Assembly: GCA_963575745.1 (NCBI GenBank)
Contig: CAUYUJ010000177.1
Span: forward strand, 62,001 to 117,193
DNA length: 55,193 bases
Reading direction: 5' to 3'
Source of the DNA: Prorocentrum cordatum
Taxonomy: Eukaryota
Each line of letters begins with the position of its first letter. The stretch's first letter is position 1. Below the pieces are notes generated by a model. That model was given only the letters and a program-made list of their open reading frames with translations, ran no database searches and had not been told where the DNA came from. The translations under genes and the position numbers were made by a program. Of this stretch, positions 1-13,364 are shown in pieces.

Positions 1-490
1 CTCACTCAGCGGGACACCATAGGACACCACCGGACACCACGGGACACTTCGGGAAATCACAGCGATCTCACTATCGATCTCACTATCGATCTCACTCAGC
101 GGAACACCACGGGACACCAAGGGACATCACGGAACGCCTGTCGATCTCAGTATCGATCTCACTTTTTGGGACACCACGGGACACCACGGGACACCACGGG
201 ACACCGCGGGCACCACATCGATCTCAGTATCGATCTCAGTATCGATCTCACTTTTTGGGACACCACGGGACACGACGGGACACAACGGGACACCTGTCGA
301 TCTCACTATCGATCTCACTATCGATCTCACTTTTTGGGACACCACGGGACACCACGGGACAGCACCACATCGATCTCACTATCGATTTCACTATCGATCT
401 CACTATCGATCTCACTATCGATCTCACTCAACGGGAAACCACGGGACACCATGGGACACCACGGGACACCACGGGACACCAGCGGGACAC
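1..490. repeat. Interleaved minisatellite of 10-bp GGGACACCAC and 12-bp ATCGATCTCACT units (internal part of a Helitron-like family)
   Basis: Tandem units directly visible. The same units recur at 11490-11540, 12160-12220 and 12423-12480. Confidence 0.9.
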
Positions 491-779
491 TGCGCGGCAC
501 CGGCCGCCGGAGGACCAACATTTGGTCCGGCCGCGGCCCAGCCACAGGAGGATGTCGGGACACCAGCAGGACACCGGCGGGGCACCTCGCGGCACCGGCC
601 GCCGGAGGAGCAACTTTTGGTCTGGCCGCGGCCCAGCCACAGGAGGATTTCCTCTCGCCCGCCCACGCAGCTTCGCCTCGCACGCACGCACGGCACGCAC
701 GACACGAACCCGAAACCGAAATCGATTTCCCGGTAAGGGGGGTCTCCGTTTCACGTCGGACTCCCCCCCCCACTTCCGA
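1..779 (-). mobile_element. Helitron-like element copy 1 (5' end at 779; continues beyond the left edge of the window)
   Basis: 490-779 is homologous to 12480-12751 (shared GAAACCGAAATCGATTTCCCGGTA-GGGGG block). On the minus strand it starts TCGGAAGTGGGG next to an AT-rich microsatellite. Confidence 0.55.
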
Positions 780-780
780 C

Positions 781-1405
781 CACATTTGCATACATATAAC
801 GATAACTATACATATACACATACACCTATTCATATACATTTACGGTTACATTTAAATATACATATCACTATACTTATACATTACATTATACATCTATATA
901 TCTATGTATATGTATATACATATAGATATGCATGCGCATACGCATAAACATATACCTGTACGCATACATATTTACACACACATATTTATGCATACACAAA
1001 GACATGCGAGTGTACATGTTTCGGCACACGTACATATACCTATGCAGCTACATGTACATCTAAACATACATTTACATAGACACACACATACATACACATG
1101 TACATTTATATTATACATTATACGTCATACATATACATGAACACGTACATCTACACATACTTTTACATGTACAACTAAGCATACGTATACATATAGATAC
1201 ATATTCACGCATATACATATGCATGCACACATACACATGCACATACACGTACACATGCATATACACATGTGCGTATACTTATATTGACGCGTTTGCATGC
1301 ACATATACAATTATACATTTACCTGCATATGAGTACATACACACGTATTCACATAGATATACATATATTTACATATACATCTGCCTATACATACATACAT
1401 ATATA
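781..1405. repeat. Degenerate (AT/AC)n alternating purine-pyrimidine microsatellite
   Basis: Runs of ACAT/ATAT/ACAC. Confidence 0.9.
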
Positions 1406-1559
1406 CTGCGACGACGACTTTTTGGTCCATTCTTAGGTCGCTGTGGGATGGCCTCGAGAGGTTTTGGAAGTCACTTGGGCCGTTGGCGTAAGCACTGGTC
1501 ACAAATTAGCCTGGCGAAGGACCCAACCATATGCAGTTGAGAGTACCGCAATTGTGAAT

Positions 1560-2190
1560 CTCTTCTTCGGTGGCGCTCCCTATGGGGCCACGAGCCGTAT
1601 GAGGGGTGGCCGAAACGTGGCACCAACCGCGAAGACATAGGTCCGAAAAAAGCCGCTGCGACGCGCAGCGAGTCTGGAATGAATCGTTGTTTTATCGCAT
1701 GGCGCGGCGCGTGTCCCAGTTTGGGCTGCGTGACCCCTCGCGAGACTTCCCTGGGACCCCTGTGGCAGGGGTGCGGGAGTGCGGACGGCACACTCCCGGT
1801 GGAGCCCTGGGGCCAGGGTGAGGGGTGTGCCGAGAGGCGGAGGGCCAGGGGCCTTTGGAGGGGTGCCGGAGTGTGCGGGACGCCATGCGGGAGGGACGGC
1901 GGGCAGGGAGGTCGCATGATGCGTGCCGAAATGGTGGGCTGACGGGGCGGTGGGAGTCCCTATGGGGCCACGGAGGGGTGTGGAAATGGGTGTGCGGGAA
2001 TGGGGCAGGGACCTTCGGTCAGCCCCTATGGCCCGCTGGAGGGGTGGCCTGGGTGTCGGGAAAGGCAGCTGGGGCCTTGGTGGAGGGGTCGTTCGTAGAG
2101 GGGTGTGCCGAACGTGCGGGACGCATGCGGAGGCGCACTGGGGCCTTCGGTTCGGGGACGGTGTGACGTGCCGAAATGGGGGGGGACGCG
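1560..2190 (+). repeat. Diverged satellite family of about 80-85 bp (GGAGCTCCC...GGGGTGTGCCGAAATGGGCGGGGGGACG)
   Basis: Same units at 3010-3220 (reverse), 10920-11100, 49400-50120 and 50930-51320. Confidence 0.75.
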
Positions 2191-5100
2191 GGAGGAGGGG
2201 GAGGTGGAGCGGGGAGGGGAGAGGGGCGGGAGGGGAGGAGCGGGGGGTGGAGGGGGGAGAGGGAGGGGAAAGAGACGGACCAACCTATATTTGTTTAAAG
2301 GGGGGATCGGATGTACCACGACGCGGTGTTAACGAGATGGTTGGGACGCAAAGTACCTGCCTAGCTATCAGCCTTTTAGAATTCCTCTTAGTAGTTGAGC
2401 ATACATAGAGCTGAAATTCTCTCTAAACGCCATATTATATATATATATAAATTATATATAATATTCCCCCGAAGGGGGGGACTTCCCCGAGGAGGGGAAG
2501 CGGGCAAGAGAGGGAGGCGGAGGCGGATGGGTTTCAAACATGTGGCCCTCGCCAAGGGGTCGAAGACGTGCCGGTTGAGAAGCACGGCAAGCGATCGGCC
2601 AAAGGGCTTCAAGAGGCGGGCGGCCCACCCGAGCCCCCTGGCAGAGTTTCGCGTCCCAGGCTTTCCGAACCGGGCCTTGGCGCCAATCGTTCAAGCGGCC
2701 AAGAACCCGACGAGGTGGCCAGAGGCCAACGAACGCCTTTGGCGGAGCGCCAGGAGGGGGGGCGTAGGAGCAACAGAATGCGCGGATGGTCCAAGGTGTT
2801 CCCACAGCTATCGGCCTTCGGGGCTATCCCCAGGGGCCTCCAAGAACCCCAAGAGAAACCCCTGGCGCCCAGGACGGCCCGGATCCCACTGTCCTTTCCA
2901 CCTCCCCCTCCCTTTTTTCCTCCTTCTTCCTCCTCCCCTCCTCCTCCTCCTCCTCCTCCTCCTCCTCCTCCTCCTCTCCTCCACACCCCCTCCTACACGT
3001 TCCTCCCTCCAGCACAGCGAGACTCCACCGAAGGCCCCCAGAGGCCATCGACGTCATGCGTCCCGCACACCCATTTCGGCACACCCCTCACACGTTTCGT
3101 GGCCCCACAGCGGAGCTCCACCGAAGCCCCTGTGCCTCGGTCCGCTCGTTTCCCGCAACACTCATTTCGGCAACACCCGACCCCACAGTTCGGAATGGCC
3201 CCCAAGGGAGGTCCAGCCGAGGCCCCTGGCCTGGGCGCACACCAGGCGCCGCGCCCGTTCGGCCACCCCCCCTATATTTTTTAAATTATGTACACACGCG
3301 GTTTAACGTATACATATTAGCATGCCTTGAATTCTCTTAGTAGTTGAGCTAGAGCTGAAATTCAAACGCCCCCCGAAGGGGGGGATGAGGAGGGGGCGGG
3401 GGAGGGGGCGTGGGAGGGGAAGGGGTCCGTCCGGTGGACCACGACGATGGCGGGGCGCGCCACCCGCCCCTGCAGCCGCGCCAGGCGGACCCCCAACGTG
3501 GCCAAGAGCCGAGCCGCCCCCGCCTTGGCGGAGCCTCGAGGGCCCCTCCCTGGGCGCAGCACGCCCGCAGGCGCCGCGGCCCAGGCCCAGGACCGCCACC
3601 ATCCGCGAGATCTGACGCAGCGAGGAAGTGACAGCATCGTGCACATCCGCGCCCGGCACCCCGGACCCCATCTCCCTGCGTCATTTTTCGGCCGGGCCGA
3701 TCTATGAGGGCCCCGGGCCCTGAAAGCAGAGAGGCGAGCATGCCCGGCTCGAAAAAATGGAGTCGCCAGGATCTCAGGGAGGTGTGGGCGGCGGCGCTCC
3801 GACGCGAACGCGCATGGCCTGCGAGCGCGCGGGCCGCCCGGCCCTCCAGCACAGCGAGGCCCAGCGCCTCGCGAGGTGCGCGCGTGGGCCCTCCTGCGCC
3901 GCCAGGGGGGCGGTCGACCCGCCTCTCGGCCCCCCTCTCGGCCCTGTCCTGCCACCTGTCCTCGGCTCCGCTCGTTCCTGGCCTTCCCGTGCCCTCGGCT
4001 CCGCCCCCGCCCCGGCCTGCCCCTGGCGGTGCCTGCGACCTGCCCGACCCCGGGCCCTGGCCTGCCCTCGCCGCCCTCGGCCGGCCCTGGGCCCCTGCCC
4101 CCTGGCCCCCCCTCCCCCCCGTCCCTCTGAGACCCCGGCCCCCTGGCCCCCGGGCCGGCCCCGCCTGGCCCGCCCGTCCGGCCACGCCGGTCCGTGCAGG
4201 TCCGCTCCGGGCCGGGCTCCCGCCGCGCAGGCGGGGCTGCCCGGGGGGCTCCCCCCCACCAGCTTCGGCTGGGGGTGCCGCCGGGTGGGGAGTGGAGGGC
4301 GGGCGCCTCGCGCAGGGCGTCGGGCGTCACCCTCCATGCCCTCGGCCGCCAGGAGGGCGCCCACGCAGCAGACATTCGGTGTCGCCCGCAGAATAATATT
4401 GAGGGCCGCGCCGAGCGGCCCGGCCAGCCGCGGCGCCCCGACAGTGCGGGCGCCGTCAAGCCGTTCGGAAGGAAAGGGAGGGGAGGAGGGGGCACGGAGG
4501 CGATCGTGAAGGGGTATCTGCGGGGTTCCTCTGCTGTGTCGGCGCCAAGAAGGTCAAACCGACCATCCTGGTGCTGGACATCGGGGCCAGCGACCACGAG
4601 CTTTTAGTGCTGGCTTCGGCGACGTGTACGTGTGCATATGAGGCTGCGCTCCTGCCGAAGCTCAATCGTGGTCTGGTCCTGCTTTTTCCTGACATCTCTG
4701 GGGCCCAGGGTTCTCTTTAAGTTGGTAAGGTGTCCCTGGCCCTCAATTCGCGTAGGGCTGCTGAGTTTCTGCTGTTGCACAACACCGATATCGCATAGGG
4801 CCAGCAGGTCTCATGTGGAGAATGTCCCAGACGAGACGCTTGTCCTATATAATCGGTTGGGATATATCATGCGAAAGTGGTCTTGCAGAGTCTGGGGACG
4901 TATCGAACGAAACGGTTGTTTTGCAGGGTCTGCTGACGATGTCTTGGGCGAAGCGTTCGTGGCTAACCCTTGCCGACCGACGCCTGCGCATTTGCGTCCG
5001 CGGACTTCGTCTTGCATGTCCAAGCCACCCAGCGGGATATCTAACATGAGGACGTCGGGGCTCTTCGCACACGTAACTATGATGTACCATCCGTCTGGCG

Positions 5101-5309
5101 CCCGTGCCCCGTTGCGTGTATTTTCGCGCGTCCCGCCGCACACGGAGATGTGTAGCATGTGGTCGCCGGGCAACGGGAACACCAGAACATCGAGGTACAA
5201 GTGATGACGTTCAGGCGGGGCGAAGCCTTCGAGTGAGGACTGCAGAGGAGGAGGGTGTAGGGTGCCCAACCGGGCCTTCACACGCGCGCTCCCCACCAGG
5301 ACTGCCCCA

Positions 5310-5925
5310 GAGGCGCTCAAGGCGGCCCCAGGCACCCCCAAGCCGGCCCAAAGAACCCCCAAGAGAGGCCCAAGAGGATTCCAGGACGGCCCCAGTGCGC
5401 CAAAAGAACCCAAGACCTCCCAAGACCGCTCCAAGAAGGCGGAGAATGATTTCAAGACGGTGCAAGAAAGCCCCGAGACGCCCCAAGAGGCTTGCAAGAC
5501 GCTGCTCAACAGGGCCCGAAGAGGCACAACTCATTAATGTGTCTATAGTTTTTGATGTTTCTTCGGGTTCCCACCTTTTCGGGCCAAGAACGGCCAAAAA
5601 CGGTCCAAGCGGTTCCGAAGATCTTCCCACGACTGTCCAAGAGGCTCCCGAAGGAGCCTCCAAACGGTCCAATATGGCCCCCAGAAAGCCCAAGAGGGGC
5701 CCAAGACCGCCCCAAAAGAGCCCCAAGATAGCCCCGAAAGGATCCAAAGTGGCTCCCAAGGGGGACCCAAGAGGCCCCCAAGAGAGCCCCAAGACGGCCA
5801 AAGGCCTCCAAAACGCCCCAAGACAGCCTCAAAGGGCCCCAAGACTGCCGAAGAGGGTCCCAACGCGGCCCAAAAGGGCCTCCAAACGACCCCCAAGAAG
5901 CCCCAGAGACGCCAAGGAACGCCAT
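5310..5925 (+). repeat. CCAAGA/GGCCCCAAGA 10-11-bp minisatellite-rich dispersed element
   Basis: Repeated CCAAGA units. Relatives at 10110-10510, 13015-13300, 13530-13620, 14270-14480, 14950-16370 (reverse) and 16650-16790. Confidence 0.85.
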
Positions 5926-6130
5926 GGCTCCCAGCAGCGAGCGGTGACGTAACAAGCTCTTAGCACTAAGGTTCCCCAGAGCGCGGTGACGCAACAAACT
6001 CTTAACAGCAAGGCTCCGAAGAGCAAGCGGCAACGTAAAAGTCTCTGAACACCAGGGCTCCCAACGGAGAGCGGAAACGTAATAAGTTCTCAACGCCAGG
6101 GCTCCCAAGAGCGAAGAGTTCCAAGAGCCA
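5926..6130 (+). repeat. About 43-bp tandem repeat, about 4.5 copies
   Basis: Units begin GG(C/T)TCC...GCGG(T/C/A)..CG(T/C)AA. Confidence 0.7.
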
Positions 6131-6515
6131 CTTGGGGCAAGGTCCTGAAGCGCTCTTTCCGTCCCCGTGCCGGCCCAGGTTCCCCACGCGTGAACATGCG
6201 TGCGCGGAGGGGGTGTCGGACATGTTTTTTTTTATTCTCGAGCGTCCCACCCTCCACGGGGGGAAGTGGCAATCGAACCCCGTCCGGAAGAAAACAGTCG
6301 TCGGGAACCAGGAGACCGGCCACTCCTGCCGACGTCGCCATCCCGCCGATTACCCCTCGGCGATCGCGGGCGCGCAGCATGCAATGGAGGGCAAGCCGCG
6401 AGCGCCGAGCGCGTGGGGGTGTCTGACATGCGTGTGGCACCTGTGCATGTGGCACGTGTTTCCACGTGCCGTGGCCACCCAGAGGGATATCTAGCATGTG
6501 GGCTTCGGCCTAGTA

Positions 6516-6675
6516 TCAGGAGGGGAAAAAACACACAGACACAATTAATTGTGCACTCCCAGGAGAATATGGGAAAATATGGGAAGTGGGGGGGAAGACA
6601 AAAACCCAGAAAATATAGGAAAATATGGGGAATCCTTTTATTTGTGTGTATTTATTTGTGTGTCCCAGGGCCCCC
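6516..6675 (+). mobile_element. About 155-bp dispersed repeat, copy 1 (TCAGGAGGGGAAAAAACACACAGACACAATTAAT...GGGCCCC)
   Basis: Homologous to 13365-13520 and 23035-23199. Confidence 0.85.
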
Positions 6676-7986
6676 TCATAGTAGCACGTACAAACACGTG
6701 CGCGGGCGGTGTATCTAATATGTGGAGCCCGCGGTGCGGAAACGCTGAGCGTTTTGTCCCGCAAGCGCAGGTTGAAGAACTACACGAAGGCGATTCCTGT
6801 GAAAGGCCCCTCCGGAACAGATTTTCACTGGGGGAGGGGCTGAGAGTGTCTTCAACTTCTCCTGTGACCGCTGACGTTCGGTGGCCGGGGCGTGGCCCGC
6901 GCGTCGCGTCGAAGCACGGTGGGCCAGAGCCAGCGGCGCGACACGCCGGCCAAGCGCTCACGACCCCAAGACCTCTCCCCCCTCCCTCCCTCATTTGTCG
7001 GCGCGGCCGGCCCTCCCTCCTCCCTCCCTCCTCCCTCCCTCCCTTCCCTCCCTTCCCTCCCTCCCTCCCTCCTCCCTTCATGACCCAAAGACCTCCCTCC
7101 CTCCTCCCTCCCTCCCTTCCCGAAGACCTCCCTCCCTCCCTCATTTGTCGGCGGCCGGCCCAGAGGAGAAACGAGAGGGGGCGGGTCTTCTCAGAGGGCT
7201 CGGAGGCCCCCCGGCCTTCTGAGAAGTCTTTTTTTTTTAGCCTTCCCCGACGACGCGCGCGGACAACTTCTCGGAAGGCCGGGCTTCTGAGAATCCCCGC
7301 CCGCCACCTCCTGAGGGGGTCTTCTCCTTCCCGTCCTCGCCCTCGTCCTCCTCATCTTCGTCTTCGCGCGCGTTCCCGAACGCTCAGAGAGGGCCGTGGC
7401 GCTCGAGACATCCTCCAGAGCCGCCGGATCTCAGAGATCCTCGATTTACCCTTACCCGATGTTATCCTCGTCCTGGCTTCGTTTCAGGGAGGGTCCCACA
7501 CTTGACCCATTGGCCGTGCTTAGCGCTCAATCCCCTGCCAGGGTCTCCTGGAACTTCTCTTGAGTGCGCATGCGGACGCGGAGTGCCGGCAGGTCCTGCG
7601 AGTGCGCGTGCGGGAGTGACGCTGAAATAAGGACCACTTTGCCCCTTCGTTCCTTATTCTTTGACTGTACATCGCTCTCTTGCACGGCTGCCGCATACCC
7701 CCGGGCCGCGCGCCACTGTGTGCTGCGTTCCGTCACGCCTCGCCGGCGCCACGGCTGCCTGCGCGGGGCTGCCACGGACGCGGGGCACGGAGCAGTTTCC
7801 GGGGATCGCTGCCTCGGTGCCAGGTGGGCAGGTATTGGCCAGCTGGGGCGGGGAAGACGTGTAGGTGGAAAAGGAGGAGGAGGAGGGAGACGACGAGCAG
7901 CAAGAGCTTTTTGTCGTTCGTTCGTCGTCTTTGAGTCTGGTTTCCCTAGCCCTCATAGGTGGATGGACTAGTTCTACTAGTCCTAG

Positions 7987-8958
<972 letters not shown>

Positions 8959-8984
8959 AACATTATTACTTCTAAAAAATAATT

Positions 8985-9713
8985 ATTGTTGGGGCCCCTG
9001 GTGCATGGCCCCCCGCCGCGCCTAGGCCGCAGCCTCATTTTCATCATTTTCGTGAGGAAGTCTCAGGCAAAACGGGTGGTCCGGATCCGGTTGTGTTGTT
9101 ACGATCGGTTTTCCCTTGCAAAAAATAAGCTAAAGTGGACATTTCTTGTTCTAACATAACCAAACTTCAAGAATCCCTTGCAAAAAATAAGGTAAAGTGG
9201 ACATTCGCGCGCGCAAGACGAAATCCTTCCAAAACCTTAGTTTTCGTAGCGATTTTAACATAAAAACATCAAAAAACCAATGGTTTTTCAAAAAAAATGT
9301 CAAAATTTCATCCCGCGCGCTCTTGCGGATTCGTAGGAAACCCAACACTTTTTAAACATTTCTGTCAAACGGGCTTTTGCGAGCAACTTTTTCGAACTTC
9401 TGCAACAACGGTTGCGCACCTGCCAGGGCCATCATCCCTGTCAAATAATACCATGCGGGACACATTCGTTTTTTCTTCGCGCGCGCACGCCGTCGTCGTC
9501 GGCCGCGGGGCCCTGAATAGTAGCCACGGTCGTCCGCATGCCACGAAGTGAAGTGTCCGAACGTCATAGGGCGGGAAGCTGGGTGTGGGTGGTGGCGAAG
9601 AGTCGTTTGGAAATTTGGTAGAGCTTGAACCGGCCCCCCCACAAAGTGGGGGTATTGCCCGCCTCCTATGAAAACCCTGGCACTGGTGAGAACGGAGTGT
9701 CCCCACGTGCTAG
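8985..9713 (+). mobile_element. Non-autonomous Helitron-like element with hairpin and CTAG|T 3' end
   Basis: Ends GCACTGGTGAGAACGGAGTGTCCCCACGTGCTAG|T (imperfect GCAC...GTGC stem, CTAG at 9710-9713). Contains a duplicated CCCTTGCAAAAAATAAG.TAAAGTGGACATT. Bounded by microsatellites; 5' boundary approximate. Confidence 0.45.
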
Positions 9714-11523
9714 TAATTGTTGTTGTTGTTGTTGTAGTAGTGGAGGTCGTAGAAATGGTATCAGTAGCAGCACTAGTACTCGTACTAGTAGTTGAAATGG
9801 ACGTTGTGGTCGTAGTAATAATAAGACTAAACATAATAACGCCACTACTGGCGGTCGTAGAAATTGTAGCAGTAGCAGTGCTAGTACTCGTACGAGTAGT
9901 TGAAGTGGACGTTGTGGTCGTAGTAATAATACGACGAAGCAAAACAAGGCCACCGTGCCTCGGGCACGGAGTGGGCGTGTCCTCAGGTCGTGTGCCTCAT
10001 CCCCTGAGCCTCAGCCCTCAATCCTGAGGGGTCCTTATGAGACCAGGACCCCTCGCTCTCAAATCTCCGGGGGCTTGCCGCGTGACCCCTGGGCCCTGGC
10101 GGGTCTCCCCGCGTGACCTCTTCGGACCCAAGAGAGCCGCAAAACGGGCCAAGAGGGCCCCAAGCAGCCCCCAAGACGGCCCAAGAGGGTCTCAAGTCGC
10201 CCAAAGATCGACCCAAGACGCCCAAGATCGCCCCAAGACGGCCCAAGAAGCCCCCGAAACGGCCCAAGTAGCTTCAAACAGGACTCCCAGGAAGGGCCCA
10301 AGAGGCCAAAATCGTCCAATTCCTATGGGGGAGCGAACATTTCTATCATATACGACTTGTCGGCCTTCACTGCGTTGAAGACGGCCCAACAGCCCCCCAA
10401 GACCGCCCCAAGACTGCCAAAGAGGCCCCCTAGAGGCGCCAAAGTCGGCCCAAGAAGGCCCCAAGACGGCCCAAGAGTCCCCCCAAGACGGCCCAAGAGG
10501 TCCCCAAAACGGCCCCCGGACGAAAAGAACTCCGAGCAGGTCCTGGGCACGTCGGTCCCAGCGATGGTTGCCCGCGGGCTGGGACCGGGGCCCGGCTGGA
10601 GCCGAGACCAGGGCCGGGGCTGGGGCCGGAGCCGCGGGGCTGGGGCCGGGACCGGGGCCAGGACAGGGGCTGGGGCCAGGATCTGGGGCCGGGACCGGGG
10701 CCGGGGTCGGGGCCCTGGACTGGGGCCGGGGCCCGGGACTGTGGCCGGGGCTGGCGTCGGCGAGCATTTCTTTGCGTCTGGAAAGCGTCGGAAATCGCGT
10801 CGGAAACGGCGTCGGGAATGGCGTCGGAAATGGCGTCGCCCCCCCCCCCCCCCTGCAGAGCGAAGCCTGAGCGAGTTCAAGCCCACGCTCTCAGAAACTC
10901 GCGCGCCGGATCAGCGGATTTGCGGGGCGCGATCCGCGTGAGGGCGTGCCACTATTCGAACATTGTTTCTGGGGGCATGGGTGGAGCTACCTGTGGGGCG
11001 CGATCCCTGTGAGGGGTGTGCCGACCGACAAGGGCGGGTGAACGCCAGCCAAGCTTGTCTCAAGGGCCGCAGGTGGAGCTCCCTGAGGGTGCGACCTGCG
11101 CGATAATCGATGTCCTCACCACTTCTTATCACAGTTTTCGCTTGCTAGAACCTAAGCGCGCGAAGCGCACGCGCGTGGTTTTTGTGTGTATATATATACA
11201 CACGACCACCCTGCGGGTGATAAGGTGGTTGGGGGGGAGGGTCCCAGCAATGGGCAACAGTTGTGATTGTTGTTGTGACGATGCCAATGGAGAGTGTTGC
11301 GTTGCCGCTCGCTCTTGGGAGCGTCGGTGTCGAGTTGTTTACATCGCCATTCGTTCTTTGGCGCCTTGGTACCATTCGTCTCTCCCCTGGAAACCTGCCC
11401 AGCCTGCCCAGCGGCAGCCAACGGCGGCATGTGGTCACGGAATACTGGGGCGCTGGCAAAGGCTGGCGCAACCCGTGCCCCTCTTGCACCATCGATCTTA
11501 TTATCGATCTCAATCAATCGATC

Positions 11524-12003
11524 TCACTTGATCTCACTAGCGTTTTCCTCGACAAGATCCACGATGCCCTTAATGTCCACTGCGACCTGCAGCCCCTTAG
11601 CGGAATGCGCCAACGCATCCGTGCTGGTGGGAGGGACTCGGGTCAGTGTGGACGGGTTGCAAAGCAAGACCACCGACTTCAACGGGCCGCCGATGAATTC
11701 CGACTTGGCTCTGGTGTCGAAGCTCGGGGTCCGGAGCTCCCGCGCGGAGTCCGCCGTGAATTTTCTGAACGTTTCGACTGCCGCATTCCGATTCTTGAAA
11801 CTGAATGGCACCGCGCCGAGCATGTACTGCGCGGGCGCGTTGGACACCAAAACGCAACTGAACTTCTGCGCCTGCGCTTTTTCGTTCCTCGCAGTGAACG
11901 TAAAATCAATGACCTTCGGGTCCAGGACCCTCGCGTACCACTTGGCGTACGTGGCCGTCTGGGTGTTCATGTTCTTCAGCGTCTCCACATTCTTGTCGAG
12001 CAT
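11524..12003 (-). pseudogene. Truncated RPA70-like OB-fold ssDNA-binding protein fragment
   Basis: High-complexity ORF MLDKNVETLKNMNTQTATYAKWYARVLDPKVIDFTF...KFSCVLVS...KSEFIGGPLKSVVLL. By eye the pattern parallels RPA70 DBD-A (KW-x-x-RV...F-x-x-x-LV). It runs into the ATCGATCTCA satellite at about 11540. Confidence 0.55.
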
Positions 12004-12223
12004 TTCGGCTGGCAAAGCCTGGCCCTTCGTAGCGAAGCCGAAGGAAGTGCGTGACCGAAGTGGGCGCGTTTCCGGCCCCCCCGCGTGCTGGGTGCAACAG
12101 AAGCCTTGCGCCGAAATCCCTGAATGGTAAGAAAGTTGACGGGGGGGCGGACCCAACGTCTCACTCAATCGATCTCACAATGGACCCCACTATCGATTTC
12201 ACAATCGGTCTCTACCGATCGAT

Positions 12224-12422
12224 CACCATCATCATCAACAACAACACGGGTCGTCATCATCATCATCAACAACAACATCAACATCATCATCAACATCATC
12301 ATCATCACCACCATCTCTATCGCCATCATCATCACCATCATCAGCATCATATTGAGCACCATCAGCAGCACCATCATCATCACCATCATCAGCATCAACA
12401 TCAGCATCATCGTCATCAACAT
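12224..12422. repeat. (CAT/CAA)n microsatellite inside the Helitron-like element
   Basis: Direct. Confidence 0.9.
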
Positions 12423-12807
12423 CGGGACACCGACGGGACACCGACGGGACACGGGCGGGACCCCGGCGGGACACCGCGGGCCCCCAGACGCCCGGACGGC
12501 AATCATTTGGTCCGGCCGCGCCTCAGCCACGCGGGACCCCAGCCGGACACCGGGCGGGACACCGCGGGCCCCCATACGTTTGGACGGCAATCATTTAGTC
12601 CGGCCGCGCCTCAGCCACAGGAGACTTTCTTTCGCCCGCCCACGCAGCTTCGCCTCGCCCGCACGCACGGCGCGCACGAACACGAAACCGAAATCGATTT
12701 CCCGGTAGGGGGGCTTTCAGTTCCACGTCGATCTCACCCCCCAACCTCCGATATATGTATATGTAAATGTATATATATATATATATGTATGAATAACTAC
12801 ATAAAAC

Positions 12808-12841
<34 letters not shown>

Positions 12842-13364
12842 TATACGCATACATATCTGGGCACGAGGCGGAGGACCCGGGACGGGGCCCTCGACAGCGC
12901 ATGGCAAGACCAGGGGCCAAAGAGGGCCCTGCCAGAGCACCAGGGGCTCTCTCAGATCGCCCGAAGGCGGCTGCAGCCTGGAAGCGACCAATGACGGCCC
13001 GATATTACCAGAATTGTCCAAGAGGCCTCCAAGACGCCCCAAGGGGCCGCCAAGACGCCTCCCAAACCCCAGGAGGCAAACATCGGTGATTTTCCTTTGG
13101 TTTTTGAAAAGGTGTTCAAGATCTCGCCTTTTCAATTTCCCGACGTTCCACGACGGCCCAACGGGCCCCAATGTCCGTTCCAAAACAGTCCCAGAGGCTT
13201 TGAAAACGGCCGCAAGGCACTCCAAGAGGATCCCAAGACTGCGCCAGATGCGCCCAAGACGGCCCGAGAGGGCCCCAAGACGGCCCCAAGAGGGGGCCTA
13301 GAGGGGTAACACGAACCGAGAATCCGAGCCTTCCACCCCGAAAGGTTTTTAGGAAACCCCAAGA

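Larger units (their letters stand above)
11145..12751 (-). mobile_element. Helitron-like element copy 2 carrying an RPA-like ORF
   Basis: Minus strand: A|TC 5' start at 12751 beside (AT)n. The 3' end reads GTGCGC-TTC-GCGCGC hairpin, then TTAGGTT, then CTAG (11148-11145). Internal minisatellites and an OB-fold-like ORF in the same orientation. The two ends could belong to different copies. Confidence 0.55.

Noticed and set aside
3349..4607. Overlapping Pro/Gly/Arg-rich ORFs
   Set aside because: Extreme GC content leaves all frames open; no domain motifs.
5104..5952. Lys/Pro/Arg-rich histone-H1-like ORF
   Set aside because: Product of the CCAAGA minisatellite element.
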